The translations under genes were made by a program, and so were the position numbers. This document shows, piece by piece, positions 27,666 to 38,439 of a DNA stretch of 64,000 bases. Where the stretch lies: NCBI GenBank assembly GCA_035331565.1, contig DAOLKO010000014.1, positions 104,583 to 168,582 on the forward strand, read 5' to 3'. The stretch is from Blastocatellia bacterium. GTDB taxonomy: Bacteria; Acidobacteriota; Blastocatellia; RBC074. The notes beneath the pieces were generated by a model that was not told the origin of the DNA, did not search any database, and worked only from the letters and a program-made list of their open reading frames with translations. Position 1 is the stretch's first letter, and each line of letters begins with the position of its first letter.

Positions 27666-28364
27666 ATGCTAGTTGACCAATCCATTTCACATCCGCCGTT
27701 TGGGCTAAGCTCAACGGAAGTTGAGCTTAGCCGCTTCCCTGCTCCGGCAGCAGATTCAGACGATCATTTGATCGAGTTGACGCTGAACGGAAATGAAGCC
27801 GCGTTTGAACTATTGCTGCGCAGACACCACCGGCGCGTTTTTTCGATTGCAAGAAGGTTTTTCCGCTCGCGCGAAACGGTTGAAGATATTGTTCAAGAAA
27901 CCTTCGCCAAAGCATTCTTCTCTTTGGCTAGTTACCGGCGTGGAGCGACCTTTGAACAATGGCTGGCCAAGATCGCCGTCAACAATTGTTATGACGAATT
28001 GCGCCGCCGAAAAAAACGCAGCGAGTCCTTAATTACGGAACTGTCCACGGACGAAGAAGGCTGGTTGCAAAGCAAACTTGCTCAATCTGCATTTGAGATT
28101 CACCTGAATGAATCGGAAAAAGGCATTGCGATGGAAATCTCCGGCAAACTTTTGGCGTCCTTGTCCGTCGAAGATCGCTTGGTACTGACTTTGCTGCACG
28201 CAGAAAACAATTCGATCAAGGAAATTGCGCAAATTACCGGATGGTCAGAGGCGAAAGTGAAGATTCGCGCCTTCCGCGCGCGGCACTCGATGCGCAAAGC
28301 GTTTCTGCGGCTGAGAAAAACGGAAGAGCGGAAATCTCGATTGACAGGAGAATCCACCAAATGA
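27666..28364 (+). CDS. ECF sigma factor (RpoE/sigma-24-like); start uncertain (27579 TTG or 27666 ATG)
   Basis: GNEAAFELLLRRH, EDIVQETFAKAF, FEQWLAKIAVNNCYD, SIKEIAQITGWSEAKVKIRAFRAR. Confidence 0.9.
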   Translation: MLVDQSISHPPFGLSSTEVELSRFPAPAADSDDHLIELTLNGNEAAFELLLRRHHRRVFSIARRFFRSRETVEDIVQETFAKAFFSLASYRRGATFEQWLAKIAVNNCYDELRRRKKRSESLITELSTDEEGWLQSKLAQSAFEIHLNESEKGIAMEISGKLLASLSVEDRLVLTLLHAENNSIKEIAQITGWSEAKVKIRAFRARHSMRKAFLRLRKTEERKSRLTGESTK

Positions 28365-28846
28365 ACTGTGCTCAAGTAAAAAAGTCTTTGCAATACGATC
28401 ATTTACCACTAACCATTTTGCAACAAAGCGAGCTGGAAGCTCACGCGCAGTCCTGCGAAGCCTGTCATAAGGAATTAGCCATTGATCGTTTGATGTCCAT
28501 GCTGGTCAACAGTCAGATTGATCCGATGGTAGAAGAATCCCCTTGGGATGAAGTTCAGCTCGCCAATCGGATCAAAGCTCGCATCAATGAAATGAACGAG
28601 CGCGGCATGGGTTCGTGGGAAACGGCCGTAATCGCCGTCAGAGGCTGGTTGCTGGCCTTCGGTGCGGCGGCGATTCTGTTAGTGATGTTGAGCAATCAGC
28701 TCACGACAAATTCTTTGGCGGAATTGCCGGATCAAAGCGAACGTGATCAAGCGAGTCTGAACAGTCCATTGATGAACGAAGACATCCTTAGTAACAACAC
28801 CGCCTCTCCTAAAGTCTTCGTGGAGGAACTGGAACATGCTCACTAA
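28361..28846 (+). CDS. ZAS-type (zf-HC2) transmembrane anti-sigma factor
   Basis: MNC...HAQSCEAC HxxxCxxC motif, one TM helix (WLLAFGAAAILLVML); ATGA overlap with the sigma gene. Confidence 0.85.
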   Translation: MNCAQVKKSLQYDHLPLTILQQSELEAHAQSCEACHKELAIDRLMSMLVNSQIDPMVEESPWDEVQLANRIKARINEMNERGMGSWETAVIAVRGWLLAFGAAAILLVMLSNQLTTNSLAELPDQSERDQASLNSPLMNEDILSNNTASPKVFVEELEHAH

Positions 28847-29228
28847 CAAACACAAAGCGCAACTCATCATTATCGGAGCCTTTGTTCTTGGCATAGTGGT
28901 CGGCGCATCCGGGCAGTACCTGTTTCTGCACAATTTACTGAATCAGCCGGCAGCAAGCTCCGCGCAGGAGATGCTGGATAGCTTGACGCGCGAAGTAAAA
29001 CTGACGAAAGAACAACGAGTTCAGGTTGAGCAGATTTATAACGAAGCCCAAGTGAAATATCAGGAATTGCGAAATCAATCTCGCCCACAATACGACGCGG
29101 TTCGCAATGAAATGCGTAAACGCATCAACTCCATGCTTTCCCCCGATCAACAACTCCTTTATGACGAACGCAATCGCAATCTGGACGCCAAGCGGCTGCA
29201 AAAAGAAAGAGCGCAATCCGGAAAGTAA
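28836..29228 (+). CDS. Spy/CpxP-like helical envelope protein
   Basis: N-terminal TM ([12 protein letters not shown]), [12 protein letters not shown] and LSPDQQ LTxxQ motifs; overlaps the anti-sigma stop. Confidence 0.7.
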   Translation: MLTNKHKAQLIIIGAFVLGIVVGASGQYLFLHNLLNQPAASSAQEMLDSLTREVKLTKEQRVQVEQIYNEAQVKYQELRNQSRPQYDAVRNEMRKRINSMLSPDQQLLYDERNRNLDAKRLQKERAQSGK

Positions 29229-29241
29229 CCTCAACTTCAAC

Positions 29242-30795
29242 ATGCAAACACGTTCTGTCTCGCTCTTCCCTGCTCTACTTCTTCTCATTCTGATTACCGG
29301 TTTGCTTTCCGGCTGTGGACAAAAAAGCTCTCCGGGTGAATTGGTGATGATGATTGAAAAGCGCATCAACACCTTCGATCCGCGTATCAGCGCCGATTCG
29401 GCGGATGAACGAATGCGCCAATTGATCTTCAACGGCCTGACCCGCAAAGACGAAAAATTCGATCCGGTGCCGGACTTGGCGGAAAGCTTCGAAGCTTCGC
29501 CCGATCAAAAGGCGTTCACTTTTCGTCTGCGTCAGGGCGTGAAGTTTCACAACGGCCAAAAGCTGTCCGCGCTTGATGTCAAATACACTTTCGACACGAT
29601 GATGGCCAACAAGTCTTCGGCCAAGCGCGTGGAGCTGGCACGCGAAGTCGAAGCCGGCAAACCTTTGTTGGCAGGCATAGAGATTGGCAGCGATCCGATG
29701 GCAGTGGTTTTCCGTTGCAATGCCCCCTGTCCCGGATTGCCCAACATCATTCTTCCTGTCGGAATCATCCCGGAAGGCACGAGCGAGCAACAAGCCAAAA
29801 AGCCTGTCGGCACTGGGCCGTTCAACTTCGACAGCTACACGGAAGAACAGGAAGTCGTACTGAACGCCAACCCGGAATATTTCGGCGGCGCGCCCCGCAT
29901 TCAGCGGCTGCGGATCAAAATCATCCCGGATAACAGCACGCGCGAAAGCGAACTGCGCAAAGGCTCTGTTGACCTAGCCATTAATGCCGATTTCGATCCT
30001 GTCACGGTCGAAGGTTTGCAAAAGGCCGAGGGACTGAAAGTCGAATTGATTGACGGCACGAACATCACGCATTTGGGTGTCAACCTGCAAGATCCAATCT
30101 TGAAAGACCAACGCATTCGCCAGGCATTGGCCTTCGCTATTGACCGCGAATCCATCATTCGCGACGTTTACCGCAGCCAAGCCAAAATCGCGCACAGCGT
30201 GCTGCCGACTTCGCAATGGGCGTACGAGCCAAATGTAACTACCTATTCTTACGATCCCGAACGCGCCAAAAAGCTGTTGGATGAAGCAGGCAAACCTGGA
30301 AAAGATGGGCAGCGAATCAAGCTGACCTTGAAAACTTCGACGCTTTCAATTTCAAGAAAGATCGGTGAATCCATTCAGGCGCAGTTGGGGCGGGTCGGAA
30401 TCAGGATTGAAGTGCAAACGCTGGAGCGGCAGAAACTTCAGCAGGACATGACCGACGGTAATTTTCAGCTTTATCTGAATCAGGCAGTCGGCGGCAATCA
30501 GAGTACAGATATTTTCAACTTTATGTATGGTTCGAAATCCGTTCCACCCAACGGTCAAAACCGTTCGCGATATAACAATCCGGCGGTAGATAAATTGCTC
30601 GGAGAAGCCATACTCGCCACGCCGGAGCGTCGCAAACAAATCTTTTCCGAAGTTCAAAAGATGCTGTCCAGCGAATTACCGCAAATTTACCTGTGGTATC
30701 CGGCAACGGTAGTTGTTCACCGCAACCGGGTCAGTAATTTGAAAATCGAACCCTCCGGCGATTGGCAGATCATCCGCAATGCCAAATTGGATTAA
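29242..30795 (+). CDS. ABC transporter substrate-binding lipoprotein, family 5 (peptide/nickel)
   Basis: Lipobox [44 protein letters not shown]. Confidence 0.92.
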   Translation: MQTRSVSLFPALLLLILITGLLSGCGQKSSPGELVMMIEKRINTFDPRISADSADERMRQLIFNGLTRKDEKFDPVPDLAESFEASPDQKAFTFRLRQGVKFHNGQKLSALDVKYTFDTMMANKSSAKRVELAREVEAGKPLLAGIEIGSDPMAVVFRCNAPCPGLPNIILPVGIIPEGTSEQQAKKPVGTGPFNFDSYTEEQEVVLNANPEYFGGAPRIQRLRIKIIPDNSTRESELRKGSVDLAINADFDPVTVEGLQKAEGLKVELIDGTNITHLGVNLQDPILKDQRIRQALAFAIDRESIIRDVYRSQAKIAHSVLPTSQWAYEPNVTTYSYDPERAKKLLDEAGKPGKDGQRIKLTLKTSTLSISRKIGESIQAQLGRVGIRIEVQTLERQKLQQDMTDGNFQLYLNQAVGGNQSTDIFNFMYGSKSVPPNGQNRSRYNNPAVDKLLGEAILATPERRKQIFSEVQKMLSSELPQIYLWYPATVVVHRNRVSNLKIEPSGDWQIIRNAKLD

Positions 30796-30981
30796 TGATT
30801 AAGTCACAAGCGCACTTCCGTTTTCATACCAAACCTTAACTCTATCACTCGTGTTTTGCCGCCGGCAGAAATACGGTCATTGCCCGGCGTTTACAGAGAT
30901 TTGAATGGTTCGCGGCAGTCAGGTTGCCGGCTCTTTGGCCATATAACTCTGTCGCTGAGAGCTATAAATTCAACGCTTTAT

Positions 30982-33900
30982 TTACTGCCATTGCCTCAGC
31001 CGTTCAACGAAACGTCGCATCTCTTCGCGACGGCGCTCGAAAACAGCCAGGCTGTAAAGGATAAACACGCCGAGCGCAATTCCCGTTACGAACCAGAGCC
31101 ACGTCCATCGTAAATTCACGGAAGCCGACCAAATCATAGTCAGAATCGAAAGCAGCAAAAATGCCGTGCCCAGGAAGAGAAAAGGCCGAATCCGCAGCAT
31201 CAATCCGGCCATTACGCCACCGACGGAAAGCGCCGCCAGCACCATCGGCAGCCAGGGCGAATCGTCCACACCGTTAAGAAAGATGTCCGCCGTCGAAGAA
31301 ACGTAAATCACGACCAGCGCGCCGTAACGAATTGAGCTGTGCTGTTCCGCCGACAAGCTGCTTCGATTGATGCGTGCTGCCAGCAACACCGACAATGCCG
31401 CCGGAATTAACCAGAGTTGGGGATGCTCTGACAAACCAAAACCGTTGGTGCCATGCAGGAAGTGCCATAAGCCGCTGTTCCCAGCGAGCGCTGCCAGCAA
31501 TCCGAGGCCGAACGAACGCCGCATCACCGACAAGCAGCCGTAAAACAACCCAGCCAGCAGCAACAACGCCGAGTAAGAAACCTGCGAATTCACAACCCAA
31601 AACCCGATCACAGGCAACAGCGGCAACATTATGCCAGTGCGCCCCAGCGGTTCGGCCAGGACAAGCTTTCCCTGCCGGCGAAACACTTCGCTCAAAGCGA
31701 TGCCGCCGAAGGCCAGCAGCATCACCAGCAGCGGCCAATACGGTGCGAAACGTCCGCCGAACAGCCACGGCATTGTCACGCGCACGTGCATCAACGTCAG
31801 CACAACACAGCCTTCCACGGCGTAGACGTAGAGCATTCGCCCGCGCTCATCCCAGCCGAAAGGGTCTTCGTCGGGCAAAATGGCGAAGATCAGGCCAATC
31901 ACGCATAAGCCAAGCAGACTTCCCAGCGTCGTCACAACAACAGGCCAGGTCATCAGTGTTGAACCGAAGCTTAAGTAATTGCTCACTTCAGCGACCAACA
32001 CGAACGCCAACGACATTCCGCCCAGGCTTGCCACGACGGGCAAATCCGCGCGCAAACTCTTTCGCCATCCGTTATCGGCGGCCAACCAGTTCATCACCCA
32101 CAGTCTGTAGCCAAGAAGCACGGCTTCAGCAATCGCCATCAGAATCACGACCCGACTTACTATCTGCCCAACGCTTCCTGGTGACACCCACGCCCAACTC
32201 CACAACACTAAGCTCAATCCTCCCAGTCGAACACTTTTCGTTATCAGCCGCAGGTCTTTCGTACGATGCACCAGTAATGCGAAAGCTATGGGCAAGGCAA
32301 ACGCCGTTGTGGTCGCGGTCAAACGCAGTCTGAGCGAGGTGGAAGTAAAAATAGTCAGCAGGTTCGAAAGAGTGACGAAGAAGGCTAATGCTACGTTTGC
32401 TTTCACCAACCAATTGGCAATGCGTTCATGTAAACCGGGACGCTGCGGCAGCCGCAACCTTTCCGCCAGACGCACAAAAGTTTCGTAACTCCGCCAAAGC
32501 AATGTGGAGGCAAGCGCGAAAAGCGCAAATGCGGCGGCAGTGCTTGCCAGTAATGCTTTGTCGTTGAACTGAACGTCCACCAGCGCGTAGACGATGGCGA
32601 GCAAACCGAGGCCGTACAAGCCGCGCCAGGACAAATCAGTTTCTTCATCCCATAGGCAAGCAACGAGCAACGCCGCCACGGATGCCAGCGCCAGCCATTC
32701 CCAGACACTTCCCTGCTGCGCATCAAGAATGTTCAGTGTCCAATGAAAGATTGCGGCAAGCGACATCATCAACATCGCGAATCGCGCGGCGATGCGATGG
32801 AACGGAACGAAGTTTAATGACGGCCCGCGTCGCATCACGGCCAAATCCAGTTTCAGCCACGCCAGCGAAGACAGGCACAACGCAATGACATTTCCGAAGA
32901 TGACTTTGCGATAACTGAACAGCGCATCGTCGCCCCAAATCAGCAAACGGCTGACCGTCAGATTGCAAAGCAGTCCGGCCAGATAAACATAAGCTCTGTG
33001 CCGCGTCGTTACGGCCAAGCCTGTGAACAACAGGCAAAGCGCCGCGCCCGAACCCGCCGTCCAAAACACATCGTTCGGCGCTTCCAGTCCGCGCAGCACC
33101 AACGCCAATTGCACGAAAGCCAGGATCGTTGCCCAGACAATACTGCCGTCTTCCGTAGCCGCCTTAACCGAAGAAAAGCGCGCAGCCAAAGCCGGCCGCT
33201 TCCAACGAAACGCCAACATCAACCACGCCGACGCCGCCACGCCGATCATCAGCGCGTGATAAGTCGCCCAACCGGGAGCCGTCCGGCTGAAGCTGCAAGT
33301 CACCAACGAAGCGATGGCCAACAACGCCACACCCAGATGTTCGGCGCTGAATTTTGCCAATCGCCAACCGCGCAATCCCAGCCAGCCGGCAACCGGCAAC
33401 AAGCCCGCCAACCATCCCCAAACGCTGCCCATCGCCGCCGCCATCGCGCTGGGAATTTGCGGCGACAAAATCAATCGCAGATCGGTAATCGCCAATAACG
33501 CCAGGCTTGCCCATAGTGTGAAAACAATCTGGCCTTGCAGAATTGGCGGTGGGACAGAAATCAATTCATCTTCTTCGTTTTCAGCAAGATTGGCTGAAGC
33601 TTGTCCCATATTTCCAAACCGCCGCCAAACTCCCAACCAAACCAGCGACACCACCGACATCACAATTACATTCGCTTGCAGGGTCGTTATCAGACGCTGG
33701 TCGGCCAATACACAGCCGAGTGTCGCGGCCAGATTCAGCAACAGACCGGCGGAAAAAGCATACACGGACGAACGTTCGCGAAGGGCGTGAGCGGCCAGTG
33801 TCAGGCTAAGTATGAACAGCGGCGTTAGGAAGATCAGCGTTCCGGCGAACGAGTAATCGCCAGTCAGCCATTTCGCCAAAAACATAATGGCGGTGAGTCC

Positions 33901-36783
33901 CAGCGTCGGCAGTGCGAACAAAACCAGCGAGGCAGTGTGCGCAAGTGCGGTCAGTCCATTTGCCTGCTCTTCCATTTGCGGCCAGCGAAACCGCGCGCAG
34001 GCTTGCCGCAATTGTTCGCGGAAAAGGATCGGCAAGGCGGTGACGGCAAATCCTGCGGCCAGCAACCAGCGAAGCGACAACCACGGTTTGAATTCGCCCG
34101 CCAATAATAGACACGCGCAAGCCAACAACGTCATTGAGGCCAGCACTGCGCGTTTGCTGAAGCGTTCCCACAAACTGACGATGAAGACCGCGAGCAGCGC
34201 CGCCAGTAAAGTCCACGCGCCGAAGCCGCGCACTCGAATGGCGTTTTCGTTGAAGCTCATAACACTGCCGACGCTGAGCGCGCACAGAATGCCCCAAGCC
34301 AAAACCGTTGTGACGCGATCCACCGTCGGCCAGCCGGGGTAAAGCAGGTTGAGCGCCAATCCATAATTTTCGCTGGGATTATCGCCCACGACGCGACGAA
34401 CGCCGATTCGCAACAGTAGCCACAACAAACTGAGCAGCGCCAGCGCCACGCCTTGCGCTTGCAGAGCGTGCGGGTCGAGCCAGGAAGAATGAGACGGCAA
34501 CGCAGTGCTGTCGAAATACGCCGCCACGCTGCAAACAACGGCGACTGTCAAAGCGGCTTGAAACGCCGTGAACAAGATGGCCAAACGCTTAGCCACGGAA
34601 AGCGCCAACCAAATCGCAGCTAGCCAGAACATTCGCGCGGCCAATTGGCCAACGGTCATCCAACCGCCGAACAGCAGCAACGGCGCAACGGCAACGGAAG
34701 TAATCAACGCTGCGGCGGTCAACGGCCAACTGAAAATCCGCCGCGTCTTTCCGCCGGAGTTTCTGAGCGCGACGGCGGCGACGGTCGCCAAAGTCGCATA
34801 AACCAACAGCGCCAACCGCGTCGGATGATGCGGCGCAAAGGTGTAGCCGAACTTGTAAACAAAAGTTTGAACGACGCTGAGCAGCGCCAAGACCAGACCG
34901 ATCCAACTGGCCAGGAACCAATCGCGAACCCACGCCACCGCGAACAAGGCCGCCGCGTAAAAGCCATAAACCAGCGCCAACTGTCGCGGGTCGCCCGCGC
35001 GCCCGAAACCGTGCCAGGTAAGCAGCAGCAAACTAAACAAAGCCGAAGCGGCGGCGGCGGCTTCGTAAATGCGCGATTCAGTTCGGCGCGCGTAACGCCG
35101 CCAGACTTCCGCCGCCGCGCCGAACAACGCAAACAAACTCAGCCAGGCCAGTCCGCTGGTATTGCTGAAAAAGCTTCGCGCCAAATTCAGACCGTCTTCG
35201 CTCCACGAAGGGTAATTCCCCGCCGCGACATTGCCGCCTGTCAGGTAAGCCATTGCGAAAAAGGCCAACGCCGCCACGTGCGCGGTTTTCAATCGAAAAC
35301 GCCAAGCCGCGCCTGCGCTCACTGCGCAAAGAATCAACGCCGTAGCGATGACAGCCTTCGCCGACGGCCAGGCCAACAACAATCCGGCCAACGAAACCAA
35401 TAGGCCAAGCGAAGCCACGCTGACGGCAATGGTTTTCGACTTGCCGGACTTCGCCCGCCGCATCGCCAGACCGCAGGCGATTGCCGGCACACCCATCAAC
35501 GCAAGCAGCGGCGCAAAGAGCATTCGCGAACTGGTCAGGCTTCCCGATTTGAGCAGCAACAATCCCACCGGCAACAACGCTGCGAACGAAATGATGCCGA
35601 ACAAGGTGAACGTTTGATCCGACTTGCTGTCTTCTTCATCGTCCGCAACGCCTCGCAGCATCAAGCCCGTGCCGGCCCAATAAGCCAGCAGCGGCGCAAC
35701 GCCCAAAAATAACAACGGTGCGGAAGACGTTTGCCAATGTTTGACCGAGAGCATGGCAAACGAAGGCGCAAGCGTTGTGCAGGCCAATAACCGCTGTTTG
35801 CCTGGCGTGATGACTTTTCCGGCCTGATAAACCAAAAATGAAAACAGCGCCAATGCCGCAACTTCGCCACCCAAAATGACGGCGGAATTCGGCGCGACGC
35901 TTTGCGAAAAGGCCGTCATCGCCAGAAAGTTCAGCGGAACCAGCAAGGTTGAAATCACCAGCGCCCCCCGGCTTGTAGTCGGCAGCCGCCAGCGATGCGC
36001 GCTGTAAAAGCCCATTCCAAACAGTCCGGCGGTCATGCCGACGAAAACGGAAAATTTCAGCAGCGGAACCGCTGTAATCTGCGCCCACAGACTGACGACC
36101 AGCGCCAGCGAACAACCAATGATGAGCAACCCGCCAATCAATTCGCCCCAACGAATGCTGCTTTCTTCCATGAAAGTTTCCAGCATTTCAGTCAGCGAGC
36201 GACGCGGCTCGACATTAACGGGCGCGACGGGAATCGCGGGTGCAGGCGGTTCGGCTTCTTGTCGAATCATCGCGTCCACGCGGCTGCCGGCGCGATGATC
36301 CATAACGTTAAAGGCGGGGGCGTTGAATGCCGGTGGCGGTTCAATTGGCGCAAGCGACGAAACAGGTTCACTGATCGGCTCCGGCTCGACGACCGCAGGC
36401 GGCGGCGTTTCCACCACGAGCGCGGGACGTTGGGGACGAATCAACCTTTCGCGATCTTCCCCAATGGCTTTCATCACGGCTTGATGCGTCGTTGCGTCGA
36501 GTTTGCCTTGATTCAGCAAACGATCCAGTTGGCGCGCGGTGGTGGCCAGTTCCGCCAGCGGACTTGCTTCGGCTGTTTTTTGATGACATCCGCACGCCGG
36601 ACAAAAATCGTCGCCGAACTGAAGTTCAGTGCCGCAAGCCACGCAACGCAGTTGCAATTCCACAGGCTTGCGTTCCGGCTCGCCGAAAAACGCTCGAAAG
36701 AAAGCCGCCAACACAACCCAGATGCCATGTCCAATCAACGTAACCGCGCCAATAATCAACAACAACCAGAAGAGTTCTTCCAT
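30982..36783 (-). CDS. Giant (1933 aa) polytopic membrane protein with N-terminal zinc ribbon
   Basis: CVACG...FCPACGC, Pro-rich linker, FMEESSIRWGELIGG, then dozens of hydrophobic helices to the C-terminus; AAGGGG RBS. Confidence 0.85.
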   Translation of the reverse strand: MEELFWLLLIIGAVTLIGHGIWVVLAAFFRAFFGEPERKPVELQLRCVACGTELQFGDDFCPACGCHQKTAEASPLAELATTARQLDRLLNQGKLDATTHQAVMKAIGEDRERLIRPQRPALVVETPPPAVVEPEPISEPVSSLAPIEPPPAFNAPAFNVMDHRAGSRVDAMIRQEAEPPAPAIPVAPVNVEPRRSLTEMLETFMEESSIRWGELIGGLLIIGCSLALVVSLWAQITAVPLLKFSVFVGMTAGLFGMGFYSAHRWRLPTTSRGALVISTLLVPLNFLAMTAFSQSVAPNSAVILGGEVAALALFSFLVYQAGKVITPGKQRLLACTTLAPSFAMLSVKHWQTSSAPLLFLGVAPLLAYWAGTGLMLRGVADDEEDSKSDQTFTLFGIISFAALLPVGLLLLKSGSLTSSRMLFAPLLALMGVPAIACGLAMRRAKSGKSKTIAVSVASLGLLVSLAGLLLAWPSAKAVIATALILCAVSAGAAWRFRLKTAHVAALAFFAMAYLTGGNVAAGNYPSWSEDGLNLARSFFSNTSGLAWLSLFALFGAAAEVWRRYARRTESRIYEAAAAASALFSLLLLTWHGFGRAGDPRQLALVYGFYAAALFAVAWVRDWFLASWIGLVLALLSVVQTFVYKFGYTFAPHHPTRLALLVYATLATVAAVALRNSGGKTRRIFSWPLTAAALITSVAVAPLLLFGGWMTVGQLAARMFWLAAIWLALSVAKRLAILFTAFQAALTVAVVCSVAAYFDSTALPSHSSWLDPHALQAQGVALALLSLLWLLLRIGVRRVVGDNPSENYGLALNLLYPGWPTVDRVTTVLAWGILCALSVGSVMSFNENAIRVRGFGAWTLLAALLAVFIVSLWERFSKRAVLASMTLLACACLLLAGEFKPWLSLRWLLAAGFAVTALPILFREQLRQACARFRWPQMEEQANGLTALAHTASLVLFALPTLGLTAIMFLAKWLTGDYSFAGTLIFLTPLFILSLTLAAHALRERSSVYAFSAGLLLNLAATLGCVLADQRLITTLQANVIVMSVVSLVWLGVWRRFGNMGQASANLAENEEDELISVPPPILQGQIVFTLWASLALLAITDLRLILSPQIPSAMAAAMGSVWGWLAGLLPVAGWLGLRGWRLAKFSAEHLGVALLAIASLVTCSFSRTAPGWATYHALMIGVAASAWLMLAFRWKRPALAARFSSVKAATEDGSIVWATILAFVQLALVLRGLEAPNDVFWTAGSGAALCLLFTGLAVTTRHRAYVYLAGLLCNLTVSRLLIWGDDALFSYRKVIFGNVIALCLSSLAWLKLDLAVMRRGPSLNFVPFHRIAARFAMLMMSLAAIFHWTLNILDAQQGSVWEWLALASVAALLVACLWDEETDLSWRGLYGLGLLAIVYALVDVQFNDKALLASTAAAFALFALASTLLWRSYETFVRLAERLRLPQRPGLHERIANWLVKANVALAFFVTLSNLLTIFTSTSLRLRLTATTTAFALPIAFALLVHRTKDLRLITKSVRLGGLSLVLWSWAWVSPGSVGQIVSRVVILMAIAEAVLLGYRLWVMNWLAADNGWRKSLRADLPVVASLGGMSLAFVLVAEVSNYLSFGSTLMTWPVVVTTLGSLLGLCVIGLIFAILPDEDPFGWDERGRMLYVYAVEGCVVLTLMHVRVTMPWLFGGRFAPYWPLLVMLLAFGGIALSEVFRRQGKLVLAEPLGRTGIMLPLLPVIGFWVVNSQVSYSALLLLAGLFYGCLSVMRRSFGLGLLAALAGNSGLWHFLHGTNGFGLSEHPQLWLIPAALSVLLAARINRSSLSAEQHSSIRYGALVVIYVSSTADIFLNGVDDSPWLPMVLAALSVGGVMAGLMLRIRPFLFLGTAFLLLSILTMIWSASVNLRWTWLWFVTGIALGVFILYSLAVFERRREEMRRFVERLRQWQ

Positions 36784-37004
36784 GGTGTCCCCTTTCGCAC
36801 CGTACAGATAGCGGTGTCATCAAAATCCGCCACTTGTCCGTTGCTGAACTGTGTTCCTTGCTTAAAACTGCGTGTCAAAGTCTCGCTGGGCAATCCATAA
36901 GCCACAAGAGCGCGTTGACCAGCGTGGCGCAGCGTACAGGGAATTAAGGCGCAACGGCGACAAAGCTTGTGACACTTCCGCCAGCGTCCTAATTCAGGCT
37001 AATT

Positions 37005-37925
37005 TCAGGCAGGTTTGCCGACCAGAAATCTTTCAACGTAGCCGCATAATTCGGCCAGCGAAGGGTCGGCGATAACTTGAAAGGTGCGAACGCGAATGCC
37101 GGGCGGAATATGTTCGGCGGTGGCGGCTTCGGTGATGACGAAGGAGGCGGCGCGCAGACCTTTTTGCCAACCGGGTTCGCGCGTGTCGCGAAAGCTGAGC
37201 GCGTCCGGGTCTACTTTGACTGCGGCCAGCACCGAGCGCGCGTATTGCAAAAACGCCGGCCAGCGCGAAGCGACGACAATCAGGTCTTCGGCGGTGGGCG
37301 ACTTTTCGTCTTTGAGCGTTTCAGCCACAGAGCGCGTGCGAATCAGCATATAAGCCATCTTCGGCGGCAATGTAGCGGCAATCATTTCGGCGTGGCCGTA
37401 AATAGCCACCGGAATCGCGCCGACCAGCATGGCGCGATTGGCACAGTCTTCAAAGCTCGCGCCGACGACGCGAAAGCCGGTGGCCTGACGAATTTCCGCC
37501 ATCAGGATTTCGCGGAAGTCCGGGTTCGGATCAATTACTAGAAAATGATCCGGCGGTTGTAACCGCAACCAATGGCGAATGCGCGATTGAATATCGGCCA
37601 GCGAAAAGCCTTTGCGACGGGCAACCTGCAAAAACTCCACAATCAGGTTATCCAGGCCGAGTTGTGTTTCCGCGCCGGTTTCGCGGGAGAATTTGCGAAC
37701 ATAGATGCCGCTGCCCGCGCGCATATCCACCCAGCCCTGTTCTGCTAATTCGCGGTAAGCGGCGCTGACGGTGTTGGAATGAATCTGAAAACGCCGCGCC
37801 AGTTCGCGCGTGCTGGGCAGTTTCTGTCCCGGCGTCAAATCCTGGCTGAGAATCGCGAGCTTGATTTGCGCGGTCAGTTGTTCGCGGATGGAAACATCGC
37901 CTTCTTTGGAAATCCAAAAGTGCAT
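37005..37925 (-). CDS. GntR-family regulator (YtrA-like wHTH plus C-terminal domain)
   Basis: IREQLTAQIK...PGQKLPSTRELARRFQIHSNTVSAAYRELAEQGWVDMRAGSGIYV. Confidence 0.9.
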   Translation of the reverse strand: MHFWISKEGDVSIREQLTAQIKLAILSQDLTPGQKLPSTRELARRFQIHSNTVSAAYRELAEQGWVDMRAGSGIYVRKFSRETGAETQLGLDNLIVEFLQVARRKGFSLADIQSRIRHWLRLQPPDHFLVIDPNPDFREILMAEIRQATGFRVVGASFEDCANRAMLVGAIPVAIYGHAEMIAATLPPKMAYMLIRTRSVAETLKDEKSPTAEDLIVVASRWPAFLQYARSVLAAVKVDPDALSFRDTREPGWQKGLRAASFVITEAATAEHIPPGIRVRTFQVIADPSLAELCGYVERFLVGKPA

Positions 37926-37965
37926 AAACAGGGAGTTGGGTTTGTGCGCCCAATCAATGCAGCGA

Positions 37966-38075
37966 AGACAGGATGTACAAGATTGCCTACAGAATTCACA
38001 GGATCAACAAAAAGGCTTGCTGCGCTTCCCCTAAAAACATCTTGTCCATCCCGAAAAATCCCGGCAATCCTATCT
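37966..38075. repeat. REP-like degenerate palindromic element (ACAGGAT...ATCCTGT type)
   Basis: gacaggatgtacaagat ... atcttgtccatc inverted arms plus an internal acaggat copy. Confidence 0.45.
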
Positions 38076-38103
38076 AAATGTCGGGTAGCTTTTGTTCTCG
38101 TAC

Positions 38104-38439
38104 TTAGCTTTCGCGTTTCCAGGTCAGCGTGACTTTGAAATTGGCCTCGGTGTCGGCGGAAGCGATAACCGCGCCGGCTTTGGCGGAAAACTTGATGCCG
38201 AATTCCAGCGCGATTTGCTCCGGCGGCGATTTCAATTCTTTCAGCTTGGCGAGAATAACACCGGCAGCAGGTTTGATCTTTTCCAGTGCGTCTTCAAACG
38301 TCTGCGTGGCGCGTTCGACCACTTCGTGCGAAGGAAACTGCACGCCGCGGACGGCTGCGGTTGACGGGCGCTCCGGCTCTTCGACTTCCACCAACACCAG
38401 ATTGCCGTCTTTCAATAGATATTCGAGCAGTCGTTTCAT
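38104..38439 (-). CDS. Trypsin-co-occurring domain 1 (Trypco1 / CU044_2847 family) protein
   Basis: VLVEVEE...FEDALEKIKPAA...PEQIALEFGIKFSAKAGAVIASADTEANFKVTLTW. Confidence 0.85.
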   Translation of the reverse strand: MKRLLEYLLKDGNLVLVEVEEPERPSTAAVRGVQFPSHEVVERATQTFEDALEKIKPAAGVILAKLKELKSPPEQIALEFGIKFSAKAGAVIASADTEANFKVTLTWKRES

